64,000 nucleotides of DNA from Candidatus Micrarchaeota archaeon (GCA_026413965.1 JAOAJY010000003.1:27727-91726), one strand, 5' to 3'. Numbered from the stretch's first letter, positions 18,097-27,129 are shown. Numbers and translations are program-made. The notes: generated by a model from the sequence alone, not told the origin.

Positions 18097-18447
18097 CTAC
18101 TCCACATCCCGCAGCTTGCCTTTGAGGAACTTCCTTTTCAGGAAATGCTCATTGACCTTCAGGCTTTTGCGCATGTCCATATACTGCTGGAGAAGAAGGA
18201 CCAGCAGGATGAAAACGAATATGGACTCTGATATGGCAAAAACCTGGAAATCAATGGCTTTCGCAAGGTAAAGCAGCTCAACGGCTATGAACAGCAACGC
18301 AACCAAAAGCCCAAGCCTGAGGGATTTGGCAAAGCCTGCGCCTTTGCCTGCAAAAACAAGCCCCCAGACCTCCTTTACGATGTACAAAGCGACCGCTATG
18401 TTGACCAAGTGGACGCAGAAAAGGAACCATTCGGCAATCTGGCTCAT
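18097..18447 (-). CDS. Small membrane protein, unknown function
   Basis: 116 aa with three hydrophobic helices and a basic C-terminus. Confidence 0.55.
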   Translation of the reverse strand: MSQIAEWFLFCVHLVNIAVALYIVKEVWGLVFAGKGAGFAKSLRLGLLVALLFIAVELLYLAKAIDFQVFAISESIFVFILLVLLLQQYMDMRKSLKVNEHFLKRKFLKGKLRDVE

Positions 18448-18473
18448 GCTAAAGATTCGCTTGTCCAGCTTAT

Positions 18474-19025
18474 ATGTTTATCGGTGGAAAAAAAGGCATG
18501 AGAGTCTTCGTGGCTATCCCGGTTCCGCCAAAGGCAAGAGAGGAAGTGCGCAAGGCGTGCGCATGCCTGCAGGATGCCTTGGGCGCAAGGATGGTTGACC
18601 CCAAGAACTACCATTTCACGCTGAAATTCATAGGAGAAGCAGGGGAAGAAGAGGCGAGGAGGATTGAGGCTGCGCTTGAAAAAATAGAATTTGAGCCATT
18701 TGAGATTGTGGTTGAGAATGCAGGGGCATTCCCAAGCGCAAGAGTCCCGCGCGCCATCTGGCTGGGAGGGCATTCAGACGGAGCAGCCCAGCTTGCGCAG
18801 AAAGTGGAGGAAGCCCTATCTTTCCTGAATTTGCCCAAGGAAAAATTCAGGCTGCACCTGACGGTTGCGCGCTCAAAAGGGATTGCGGATATTGAGGAAT
18901 TCCTCAAGACTGGGCGCGTGTGCAGCTTTGAGGCAGGCTCATTTGCGCTGATGAAAAGCACTCTTGCGGCGCATGGGGCAATATATGAGACTTTAAGAGA
19001 GTTCCCAGCGCAAAGGGAGGCGTGA
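18474..19025 (+). CDS. thpR: RNA 2',3'-cyclic phosphodiesterase (2H phosphoesterase, LigT/ThpR)
   Basis: Two HxT motifs (HFTLKF and HLTVAR) about 80 aa apart. The start may instead be the ATG at 18498 (MRVFVAIPVP). Confidence 0.8.
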   Translation: MFIGGKKGMRVFVAIPVPPKAREEVRKACACLQDALGARMVDPKNYHFTLKFIGEAGEEEARRIEAALEKIEFEPFEIVVENAGAFPSARVPRAIWLGGHSDGAAQLAQKVEEALSFLNLPKEKFRLHLTVARSKGIADIEEFLKTGRVCSFEAGSFALMKSTLAAHGAIYETLREFPAQREA

Positions 19026-19029
19026 TTTC

Positions 19030-19722
19030 TTGAGCAAGATAGAGATTGTGCCTGCGATACTTGCCAAAACCAAAGAAGAGTTCTACAGCAAGCTGTCCAA
19101 AGTAGCCCCTTATGTCTCGCGCGTGCAGGTTGATGTGATGGATGGGGAATTTGTGCCAAACAAGACCGTGGGGATTGGAGATATAGGCAAAATTCCTCCC
19201 CATATATTGCCTGAATACCACCTCATGGTTGAGGACCCTGTGGCATACGCTGAGGAAATAGGCAGAAGAGGGGCAGTATATGAAATCCACCTGGAAAGCT
19301 TCACCAAAGCAGGAAGAATGGGCGGCATCGGAAAAAACCCCAAGGCGCAGGATGAGCTGATGGAGGCAATCAGGAGGATAAGGAAGATGGGCGGCAGAGT
19401 GGGGCTGGCGCTCTCTCCAGACACCCCGGCAAGCCAGGCTTTCCCTTTCCTTGGCTATGTTGAGCTTGTGCTGGTGATGACCGTCTATCCAGGATTCTCA
19501 GGGCAGAAGTATATTGCGGAAATGGAGCCCAAGATGCGCCTGCTTGCAGGCAAGGGAGCGCTTGTTGAGGTTGACGGCGGAATCGAGGTTGGGACAGCAA
19601 GAAGGGCGGCTTCCTGCGGAGCGGCTCTGCTTGGCGCAGCATCGGCAATATTCTCAAAGCCTGACGCCAAGAAAGCCATAGATGAGCTTCAGGAGGATGC
19701 GCAGAAGGGGCTGCAAAGCTAA
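19030..19722 (+). CDS. rpe: Ribulose-phosphate 3-epimerase
   Basis: IVPAILA...VQVDVMDGEFVPNKT...HLMV...PGFSGQKYI...VDGGI. TTG start. Confidence 0.85.
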   Translation: MSKIEIVPAILAKTKEEFYSKLSKVAPYVSRVQVDVMDGEFVPNKTVGIGDIGKIPPHILPEYHLMVEDPVAYAEEIGRRGAVYEIHLESFTKAGRMGGIGKNPKAQDELMEAIRRIRKMGGRVGLALSPDTPASQAFPFLGYVELVLVMTVYPGFSGQKYIAEMEPKMRLLAGKGALVEVDGGIEVGTARRAASCGAALLGAASAIFSKPDAKKAIDELQEDAQKGLQS

Positions 19723-19776
19723 GCATGCTCGGATTTTAAACTTTCATGTAGGTAATTTGCTTTGGGAGGAGTGGGC

Positions 19777-20628
19777 ATGAAGCTTTCCAGCCAAAAGGAG
19801 CTTTCGCTGATGGCAAACACCATAAGGCAGGACATAATCCGCATGCTTGTCCCAGCAGCATCAGGGCACACCGCAGGGCCGCTGGGGCTTGCGGACATCT
19901 TCTCTGTGCTTTATTTCCATGAGATGAGCTACGACCCAAAAAATCCGCATTGGCCTGACAGGGACCGGCTGGTCCTCTCCAACGGGCATTGCGCCCCTGT
20001 GCTTTACGCCTCCATGGCCCGCGCAGGCTACTTTCCGATTGAAGAGACGCTGACTTTGAGAAAGCTTGGCTCGCGATTCCAAGGCCATCCAAGCAGGCAC
20101 TGGATGCCAGAGGTTGAGAATTCCTCAGGCCCTCTTGGAGAGGGGCTTGCCATAGCCTGCGGGATTGCGCTTGCAGGAAAGATGGATGGGAAAAGATGGA
20201 GAGTATATTGCGTGACTTCGGATGGCGAGCACCAGGAAGGCTCAACCTGGGAGGCTGCCATGTTTGCCGCAAAATACAAGCTTGACAATCTGGTGGCAAT
20301 ATGCGACAGGAACTACATACAGATAGACGGCAACACCGAGGATATCATGCCTCTTGGCGACCTTGCGGAAAAATACCGCGCATTCGGATGGCATGCGATA
20401 AGCATAGATGGCCATGACATTGGCGCTATAATTTCCGCTTTTGAGCAAGCCAGGGGCACAAAAGGAAAGCCAACCATGATAATTGCCTACACCACGCCAG
20501 GCAAAGGAGTGGCTGAGTTTGAGAGGAAATACGAATGGCATGGTGTTGCGCCCAACAAAGAGCAGGCGCAAAAAGCCCTTGCGCAGCTTTCTGAGGAGCG
20601 CAAGAGGATAGAAGAGGCGAAGGAATGA
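19777..20628 (+). CDS. tktN: Transketolase, N-terminal subunit
   Basis: ATG at 19777 is preceded by GGGAGGAGTGG. Motifs GHTAGPLGLADIF, SNGHCAPVLYA, GPLGEGL and TSDGEHQEGSTWEAA. Confidence 0.9.
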   Translation: MKLSSQKELSLMANTIRQDIIRMLVPAASGHTAGPLGLADIFSVLYFHEMSYDPKNPHWPDRDRLVLSNGHCAPVLYASMARAGYFPIEETLTLRKLGSRFQGHPSRHWMPEVENSSGPLGEGLAIACGIALAGKMDGKRWRVYCVTSDGEHQEGSTWEAAMFAAKYKLDNLVAICDRNYIQIDGNTEDIMPLGDLAEKYRAFGWHAISIDGHDIGAIISAFEQARGTKGKPTMIIAYTTPGKGVAEFERKYEWHGVAPNKEQAQKALAQLSEERKRIEEAKE

Positions 20629-21620
20629 GGCTGAATCCAAAAATGCATCTGCTTGACCCGCTCTCGCCTGACTTGAAAAAGGCGGCCACTCGCGAGGGCT
20701 TTGGGGCAGCGGTTGCGGAGATTGGGGACAAGGACCCTAATGTGGTCGCATTAAGCTCGGATGTGGCAGGCTCAGTGCAGCTCCATCATTTCATCAAAAA
20801 GCACCCTGGAAGATTCTTCAATGTAGGGGTTGCTGAGCAGAACCTTGCCTCGGTAGCAGCCGGGCTTGCCTACGCAGGCAAAACCCCGTTCATCGGGGCA
20901 TTCGCGGCATTCTCGCCTGGAAGAAACTGGGAGCAGATAAGGACCACAATATGCTATGGAGAGGCGAATGTGAAGATAGGGGGCTCGCACACTGGCTTGG
21001 ATGTGGGAGAAGACGGAGCCACACACCAGATGCTTGAGGACATCGCGCTCATGAGAAGCCTGCCGGGAATGCTGGTGCTCTCGCCTTGCGACTATCTTGA
21101 GGCAAAGAAGGCAACTGAGGCTGCATGGAAAACCAAAGGGCCTGCCTACATAAGATGCACGCGAGGGAAGCTGCCCATATTCACCACTGAAGAGACGCCT
21201 TTTGAGGTTGGCAAAATCAACCTATTGGTTGAAGGCGAGGATATCGCCATAGTGGCGACGGGAGACACTGTGTTTCCCTCCATTCTGGCTGCAGCCGAGC
21301 TTGAGAAGGAAGGGATATCCGCAGCTGTGGCAAACATGCACACCCTATCCCATCCTGACGAGCAGATGCTTGCAAAGCTGGCTCAAAGGTGCGGCACAAT
21401 AGTGACTGTTGAGGACCACCAGGTAAAAGGCGGGCTGGGAGGCGCAGTGTGCGAAACGCTTGCAGAGGCAAGCCCCGCAAGGGTCAGAAGGCACGGCATG
21501 CTTATGAAATTTGGGGAATCCGGCCCAGGGGCAGAGGTGATGAGAAAATATGGGCTGGACCCAAAAGGAATCGCAAATTTGGTGAGGCAGGAGCTTGGAG
21601 CCTGGAAAAAGGAGGGATAG
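20625..21620 (+). CDS. tktC: Transketolase, C-terminal subunit
   Basis: ATGA overlap with tktN. Motifs FNVGVAEQN and [26 protein letters not shown]. Confidence 0.9.
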   Translation: MRLNPKMHLLDPLSPDLKKAATREGFGAAVAEIGDKDPNVVALSSDVAGSVQLHHFIKKHPGRFFNVGVAEQNLASVAAGLAYAGKTPFIGAFAAFSPGRNWEQIRTTICYGEANVKIGGSHTGLDVGEDGATHQMLEDIALMRSLPGMLVLSPCDYLEAKKATEAAWKTKGPAYIRCTRGKLPIFTTEETPFEVGKINLLVEGEDIAIVATGDTVFPSILAAAELEKEGISAAVANMHTLSHPDEQMLAKLAQRCGTIVTVEDHQVKGGLGGAVCETLAEASPARVRRHGMLMKFGESGPGAEVMRKYGLDPKGIANLVRQELGAWKKEG

Positions 21621-21621
21621 C

Positions 21622-22266
21622 ATGAAAATTTTCCTGGACAGCGCTGAGGTGGAAAAGATAAGGCGGTTTGCCGCCATTGGCATGGTGGATGGAATAACCA
21701 CCAACCCCACGCTCATTTTGAAATCCGGAAGGAAGCAAAAGGAGGTTGTAAAGGAAATATGCAAAATCGTCCCAGGCCCTGTTTCTGTGGAAGGGGTGCA
21801 GGAGACTGCTGAGGGGATGGTGGAGGACGGCGAGGAGTTCGCCTCGTGGGCAAAAAATGTGGTCGTGAAGATACCGATGACCGAGGAGGGGCTGAAGGCG
21901 GTCAGAATCCTTTCAAAGAAAAAAATCAAGACCAACGTCACTTTGGTCTTTTCCCCAAGCCAGGCGCTTCTTGTGGCAAAAGCAGGAGCCACGTTCGTAT
22001 CCCCTTTTGTGGGTAGGCTGGACGACATAGGCCAGGACGGGATGGGGCTTGTTAGGCAGATTCTGCAAATCTACAGAAACTACGGATTTGGCACCCAGGT
22101 GATTGTGGCTTCGGTGAGAAGCGAGAAGCATGTTGTGCAAGCCGCAGAGGCAGGGGCGCATATTGCCACTGTCCCGCCGCAAGTTCTTGAAAGCATGTTC
22201 CGCCACCAGCTGACTGACGCTGGGATAAAGAAATTCAAGGAAGACTGGGAAGCCTCGCAAAGATAA
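21622..22266 (+). CDS. tal: Transaldolase / fructose-6-phosphate aldolase (short type)
   Basis: Start at the ATG one base after the tktC stop. [31 protein letters not shown], active-site context VVKIPMT, and SPFVGRLDD. Confidence 0.85.
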   Translation: MKIFLDSAEVEKIRRFAAIGMVDGITTNPTLILKSGRKQKEVVKEICKIVPGPVSVEGVQETAEGMVEDGEEFASWAKNVVVKIPMTEEGLKAVRILSKKKIKTNVTLVFSPSQALLVAKAGATFVSPFVGRLDDIGQDGMGLVRQILQIYRNYGFGTQVIVASVRSEKHVVQAAEAGAHIATVPPQVLESMFRHQLTDAGIKKFKEDWEASQR

Positions 22267-22282
22267 CGCTTTTTTAACTCAA

Positions 22283-23665
22283 ATGGTAATTTTGCTCATG
22301 AAGTGCTCAAATCCGGACAAAGCCGAGAAGATTTTCGCATATGCCCTGAAAAGAATCAAGCCTTCTGAAAAAGAGATGCAAAGGAGCTTTGGGGAGGCTG
22401 AAAAGCTCATCGGAAAGCTGCAAAGGGTGCTTCCTGAGGCTGTGGAGGTCCGACTTGCAGGCTCGCTTGCCAAAGGCACCAACCTGAAAGGCAAGAATGA
22501 ATTTGACATATTCCTCCTTTTCCCTCGCCACTACCAAAGGCACGAGCTTACGGTGATAGGCCTGTCCCATGCAAGAAGAGCATTCGCAGGAATGAGGGTG
22601 GAATCCAGGTATGCCGAGCACCCTTACCTTCAGGTCATAAGCGGAAGCTACCTGGCGGACATTGTGCCTGCATACAAGATAGAGGATGCATCAGGCAGGG
22701 GGACAGCAGTGGACCGCTCTCCCCTGCACACGGTTTTTGTGAATTCCCGCCTCAACCAGGCGCAAAAGGACCAGGTGAGGCTGCTTAAGCAATTCATGAA
22801 GAACTTCGGCATCTACGGAGCTGAGCTTAGGGTGGAGGGATTTTCTGGATACCTCTGCGAGCTTCTTGTCGCAAAATACGGCTCGCTTCTTTCTTTGATG
22901 GAAGCCGCTTCTGGCTGGAGCCATCCAGTCATCTTTGTGGACGGGGAGGGGGATGAGAAAGAGGCAAGAGAGAAGTTCACTTCTCCTTTGGTGGTGATTG
23001 ACCCGGTTGACCCAAGCAGGAATGTGGCTGCTGTGGTTGCCCAAACTTCCCTCTCAAGATTCATATTTGAGTGCAGAAGATTCCTAAAATCGCCTTCCTC
23101 CAGATTCTTCTTTTCAAAAAAGAGGATAATGGGGGCTGGTAAAATCAGAAGAGCGATAAAGGAGAGGGGCACTGAATGCCTTGCTGCCCTTTTCCCTGCC
23201 CCAAAAGCCATACCAGACATCCTCTGGCCTCAGCTTAAGAAGACCGCGCAGGCTCTTGTGCGCCTTTTGGAGGAGAATGGCTTTGGGGTGTTTGGCTATT
23301 ACCATTGGAGCGACGGGGAGGAGTGCGCCATCCTTTTTGAGCTTTCCTGCGGCAGGCTGCCATCGGTGAAAAAAGTGGTGGGCCCCTCAATCTCATTTGC
23401 GGCTGATGTGGAGGCTTTCGTCAAAAAGCACAATAGGGCGCTCAATATTCACCTTGAGCATGACAGGATAGTGGCGGTTGAGAGGAGAAAGGAATCCAGC
23501 GCAAAGCGCCTGCTTGCCGGCGCATGCAAAAACCCCAAGGGGCTGGGCGTGCCTGCATTGATGGGAAGCCAGCTTGGGTGCGCAAAAGTCCTGCCGGCAT
23601 CCTCAATCGCATCAGGAAAGAGGCTGGAATTCCTCTCGGACTACTTCTTCGCAAAAATCGCCTGA
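22283..23665 (+). CDS. cca: CCA-adding enzyme (archaeal class I tRNA nucleotidyltransferase)
   Basis: 460 aa. LAGSLAKGTNLKGKNEFDIFLLFP is the class I nucleotidyltransferase signature, followed by AEHPY and VDRSPLHT. Confidence 0.85.
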   Translation: MVILLMKCSNPDKAEKIFAYALKRIKPSEKEMQRSFGEAEKLIGKLQRVLPEAVEVRLAGSLAKGTNLKGKNEFDIFLLFPRHYQRHELTVIGLSHARRAFAGMRVESRYAEHPYLQVISGSYLADIVPAYKIEDASGRGTAVDRSPLHTVFVNSRLNQAQKDQVRLLKQFMKNFGIYGAELRVEGFSGYLCELLVAKYGSLLSLMEAASGWSHPVIFVDGEGDEKEAREKFTSPLVVIDPVDPSRNVAAVVAQTSLSRFIFECRRFLKSPSSRFFFSKKRIMGAGKIRRAIKERGTECLAALFPAPKAIPDILWPQLKKTAQALVRLLEENGFGVFGYYHWSDGEECAILFELSCGRLPSVKKVVGPSISFAADVEAFVKKHNRALNIHLEHDRIVAVERRKESSAKRLLAGACKNPKGLGVPALMGSQLGCAKVLPASSIASGKRLEFLSDYFFAKIA

Positions 23666-23731
23666 GAATGAAAGGTTTTTATAGTTTGAAATGGAAGCTG
23701 CAAGCGAGGCGATTGCGTGCAATTTGGGAAG

Positions 23732-24559
23732 ATGGCTTTTGCTTTTGTTTTGCTGGTTTCCGCATTTGGCTTGGGGCATGCGCTTGAGATGGGAAGCTGC
23801 GCGGACGGCACTCCTTATGGAAAATGCTCCACCAAAAATCCAGGGCACTATTGCACAGGAAGCCCTCCAGCCCTCCAGCTTTACACCAACCTTTGCAAAT
23901 GCGAAGCTGTGCCAGGCTGGATAACCCAAGGCACAGGTGAGCAGGCAAACTGCGTCCAGGCAAAATGCGATGATGGGACCATGAGCGGAAGCTGCACGCC
24001 CAACAAGCCCAAGGTCTGCATAGGCGGCTCTGTTTACGCAGACAACGCAAGCAAGTGCGGATGCCCGCCCAACAAGAAGGTGAGCGCCAACGGCATATTT
24101 TGCGAAAGCATCCCCTGCAAAGATGGGGAATTTACTGTTGAGGAAGGCACCTGCTCTCCAAAAAAGGCGAAAAAATGCGTGGATGGGGCCCTTGTGGACA
24201 AGGCATCGGAATGCGGCTGCCCTGCAGGGCAGACCAGAATTGGAGAAAGCTGCGCAGTGGTGTGCTCTGATGGGACAAAGGAGGGAGAATGCTCAGCCTC
24301 CAAGCCAAAAGAGTGCCTGAATGGATATCTGGTTGACAATGCGGCAAAATGCGGCTGCCCAGAGGGAAAGGCAGCCCATGGGAAATACTGTGCTGATTCA
24401 GCAGTCAGCGGCGCAGCTGGAAGCGAGCTTCTTGGCTCAGCAGGAAGCGCAGAAGGGGCTGATGAGGAGAGCAGGGGCATAAGCCCGATTTCCTGCTGCT
24501 GCCTTCCAACCGCACTGATTGGCATAGCAGGGGCATTTGCCCTCTCCAGGCGGGGATGA
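23732..24559 (+). CDS. Secreted cysteine-rich four-repeat protein with C-terminal TM anchor
   Basis: ATG at 23732 gives the signal peptide MAFAFVLLVSAFGLGHA. Four repeats of C-x-DG-T...G-x-C-[ST]-xx-[KN]-P-x-x-C...KCGCP. About 27 Cys by hand count. Ends ISCCCLPTALIGIAGAFALSRRG. Confidence 0.8.
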   Translation: MAFAFVLLVSAFGLGHALEMGSCADGTPYGKCSTKNPGHYCTGSPPALQLYTNLCKCEAVPGWITQGTGEQANCVQAKCDDGTMSGSCTPNKPKVCIGGSVYADNASKCGCPPNKKVSANGIFCESIPCKDGEFTVEEGTCSPKKAKKCVDGALVDKASECGCPAGQTRIGESCAVVCSDGTKEGECSASKPKECLNGYLVDNAAKCGCPEGKAAHGKYCADSAVSGAAGSELLGSAGSAEGADEESRGISPISCCCLPTALIGIAGAFALSRRG

Positions 24560-24763
24560 AGGAAAGCTTGGGAAAGCGCTGCCGAAAGAGATTGGGTTCA
24601 GCAATTAGGCAGAATTTTTTGAAAAAAAGCTTGCTGCTGGGCGCTTTGGTTTTAATTATTCTCCTTTAAGAATACAAGCGCTCAACAGAGGGCATGGGCT
24701 GGGCTTCCGCAGCCCGCAGATGCGCAGCAGTCGTGCCTGCAAAAAACAATTCGGAAGCCACGT

Positions 24764-24777
24764 GGTCGTGGCGTGAC
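24764..24777 (+). repeat. Copy of the 5' end of the downstream tRNA-Trp gene
   Basis: GGTCGTGGCGTGAC versus GGTCGTGGCGTAAC at 25670-25683. Extended to ACGnGGTCGTGGCGTnAC, 16 of 18 positions match. Confidence 0.45.
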
Positions 24778-24803
24778 GTTTGGCTCTTATAGGGGGTTCA
24801 GAC

Positions 24804-25622
24804 ATGGACAAGAGATGGCTGATTGGGATCGGCATCTTGGTTCTTCTTGCCATTGCAGTTACTGCAGTTCTATTCTTTTCCGGCATGGGGAATTATCATT
24901 CTGGAATGGCTGAAGCTTACGATAGATATTATGGGACTATGAGCCGTTACTCTGCAAAATACTCTGCTTATCTGTCAACTCTTACTCCTATCTACCAAGG
25001 TTCGGCATCTAAGGAACTCCAGTTATATGTTAACTATAGATCTGTCGCTAGCTTCAATGAGTCAGAATCAACCACCGTTTATCGCACTATCAATGTGACT
25101 CAGTTTAAACCAGATTTAATTACCAGAATTTTGCTCTTCTTCAATAAGACTGAAGCTCAAGGAAAAGATCAAAACCTTAACTATGTTCTTGGCGAGAAAA
25201 TAGTGGGCCACGGCACCAACCGAGCAGTTTTTGAAGAGCAAGACTACCAAGATATACGGGAGAAAGAAAGTACACCTACTGGCACACTCGAATTAAAACA
25301 GGTTACTGTCAGGGTTTATGATGATCCGCTTTTCAAAGAGGATTATAATGTGGTAGTGAACTTTGATTTTAACCATGAGATAATGATGGCCGGCAACGAT
25401 CCATACCTTCAAGTCTCTGGAAAAACCTTTGTGCCCCTGCGCCTGTCTCGCAATTCAACGTCATTTGCCTACATAGTACCAAAAAGCGATTGGACAAACA
25501 ATATCACCCTAAGCTTTAGGGTAAGGGATTTTGATGCTGAGGAAAAGAGTGGCGGATGGCAGATCACTCAGCGCGATGAGCTGAATGTAACTTTATCTGA
25601 GTTTTTGAGCCGAGCCTCCTAA
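24804..25622 (+). CDS. Hypothetical membrane-anchored protein, atypical composition
   Basis: ATG at 24804 after AGGGGG. N-terminal TM WLIGIGILVLLAIAVTAVLFF. No family recognised. Sample 24901-25000 is 42 % GC versus 52 % for 24301-24400. Confidence 0.7.
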   Translation: MDKRWLIGIGILVLLAIAVTAVLFFSGMGNYHSGMAEAYDRYYGTMSRYSAKYSAYLSTLTPIYQGSASKELQLYVNYRSVASFNESESTTVYRTINVTQFKPDLITRILLFFNKTEAQGKDQNLNYVLGEKIVGHGTNRAVFEEQDYQDIREKESTPTGTLELKQVTVRVYDDPLFKEDYNVVVNFDFNHEIMMAGNDPYLQVSGKTFVPLRLSRNSTSFAYIVPKSDWTNNITLSFRVRDFDAEEKSGGWQITQRDELNVTLSEFLSRAS

Positions 25623-25667
25623 AACCTATTTAAACAAATGCCGGCCATAACACGGTTCGTAATGAAC

Positions 25668-25775
25668 GGGGTCGTGGCGTAACCTGGTAGCGCGGCAGGC
25701 TCCAGATCTCACCTGCGCATGCGCGCAGGCAACAGAATACACCTGCATGTTAGGGTTCAAATCCCTACGATCCCA
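25668..25775 (+). tRNA. tRNA-Trp(CCA) with a 35-nt canonical 37/38 intron
   Basis: Hand fold: acceptor GGGGTCG/CGATCCC; D arm GCGT-AACCTGGTA-GCGC; anticodon arm GCAGG-CTCCAG[intron 25706-25740]A-CCTGC; T arm TAGGG-TTCAAAT-CCCTA; discriminator A. The intron contains the hairpin CCTGCGC/GCGCAGG. Confidence 0.85.
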
Positions 25776-25793
25776 ATTGCCTTTAGGGATGGC

Positions 25794-26318
25794 ATGAGCA
25801 AAATATCCTGCTCAATCAAGAATTCATGCAGGCACTGCACTGCCCGATGCTGCAGGGGTCTGGCAGTAGTGCTTACAATACCTGAGGCAAAAAGGATGGC
25901 TGCCCAGCTTGGGCTTGCTCCCCAAGAATTCCTTGAATTCACAAGCAGCATAGACTCAAAAAGCACGCCGCACTACCCGCTGCTTGTGCTCTCAAAAGGC
26001 AAGCTGCATGAATATTTCATAATATTGAAAAGAAGGCGGAAAAAGGACTGCATCTTCCTCATGGGGGATTTCAGATGCTCTGCTTATCCCCATCGGCCAG
26101 CCGTCTGCAGGCTTTATCCGTTTGAGCTGGACGGGAAAAAAGTGAAGAAGAATGCCTTGTGCCCTGTGGAGTTTGAGAAGGAAGAGGGGACAGAGGAGGC
26201 AGCAGAGCTTTTGAAGAAGGACTTGGAGGAGCACGGAAAGCTGGCGCGAAAGTGGCAGCGCAAGCATGGAAACAGGCCTCCAGACATGGCAAGATTTTGG
26301 GAGTATTTCGGAGTCTGA
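25794..26318 (+). CDS. YkgJ-family (UPF0153) cysteine-cluster protein
   Basis: Start moved to the ATG at 25794, because the track start overlaps the tRNA. CRHCTARCCRG matches the CxxCxxxCC motif of the family, and a later CSAYPHRPAVCRLYPF is present. Confidence 0.7.
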   Translation: MSKISCSIKNSCRHCTARCCRGLAVVLTIPEAKRMAAQLGLAPQEFLEFTSSIDSKSTPHYPLLVLSKGKLHEYFIILKRRRKKDCIFLMGDFRCSAYPHRPAVCRLYPFELDGKKVKKNALCPVEFEKEEGTEEAAELLKKDLEEHGKLARKWQRKHGNRPPDMARFWEYFGV

Positions 26319-26322
26319 TGGC

Positions 26323-27081
26323 TCATGTCCTGCCTGCTGGAGCCTCGGCGTCCCTGCGCACTTGCCCCTCTTTCATCGCCAAGATTCCAAAGATGTCCCA
26401 TGGCTTTTCTTTCCTGGATTCTCTTTCAAATCCGCCCTTTATTGTCATAAGCGAAGGGATTGCCAGGAGCTTGATGCTTTTGGCTATCCCAATCTGGCGC
26501 ACAGAATCAAAGGAGGCTTTTGCGAGATTTTTCGCCAATTTCAGCACTCCTGCAATATTCAGCCTTTTGACCAAGCCTTCCATCCTGTCTTTGACCATGT
26601 CTGAGAGGGTGTCAAGAAGCATCATTGCGACGGTTATGCTTCTCCAAAATTCCTGCTTGGCTTCCCCATTCACGCTTCTGATGAGGAGCTTGGAGACTTC
26701 CTCCCCCAGCCTCATGCGGACCTCCACAAGCTCGGATAGGTTGGAGGCGCGCACCTCTGACTCAAGGAGAGGCTTGAGCCTTTTGAATTCCTCTTCAGGC
26801 AAGCCCTTTGGGCGCTCTTTTGCCTTGCCATAAATCTCAGTTGCCCGGTCTGCCCTGGCTATTGAAAGCCAAAGCTCCATGGCTCCATCCCTGTCAGCCA
26901 GCCTATCTCCGCCCACCGCAAGGCTTATGCTCTCCACGCAAAGAAGGCAGTAGAGGTATTTGTAGTCCTTGTATGAAATAAACCGCAGGCTTTTCCTTTC
27001 CGCAAACTCCAAGATTGCCTTGTCTTTTGGGTCTTGCGATAGGGCAAGTTTGGGCATGCTGCTTGCCTTCAAAATTGCCAT
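26323..27081 (-). CDS. Hypothetical all-helical protein (252 aa)
   Basis: Long ORF with no TM segment and no motif recognised. Confidence 0.6.
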   Translation of the reverse strand: MAILKASSMPKLALSQDPKDKAILEFAERKSLRFISYKDYKYLYCLLCVESISLAVGGDRLADRDGAMELWLSIARADRATEIYGKAKERPKGLPEEEFKRLKPLLESEVRASNLSELVEVRMRLGEEVSKLLIRSVNGEAKQEFWRSITVAMMLLDTLSDMVKDRMEGLVKRLNIAGVLKLAKNLAKASFDSVRQIGIAKSIKLLAIPSLMTIKGGFERESRKEKPWDIFGILAMKEGQVRRDAEAPAGRT

Positions 27082-27129
27082 AAAGGTCAGGTTTATTGAT
27101 ATAATAAGTGGTTATAAATGTATCTATTT

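Noticed and set aside
18608-19159. 183-aa minus-strand ORF
   Set aside because: It is antisense to the thpR-like and rpe genes.
21345-22028. 227-aa minus-strand ORF
   Set aside because: It is antisense to the tktC and tal genes, both of which have strong family motifs.
24596-24640. Palindrome AATTTTTTGAAAAAAAGC and the hairpin GGGCTG-GGCTTCCG-CAGCCC (24696-24715) downstream of the Cys-rich gene
   Set aside because: These are most simply read as terminator-like or spacer sequence. They are too short and isolated to call as an RNA gene.
25706-25740. Possible C/D-box guide RNA inside the tRNA-Trp intron, as in some Euryarchaeota
   Set aside because: The intron is only 35 nt and contains no RUGAUGA or CUGA boxes. 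It is essentially one GC hairpin.
25719-25793. Track start of the YkgJ-like ORF
   Set aside because: The first 25 codons overlap the 3' half of tRNA-Trp. The ATG at 25794 gives a protein beginning just before the Cys cluster.
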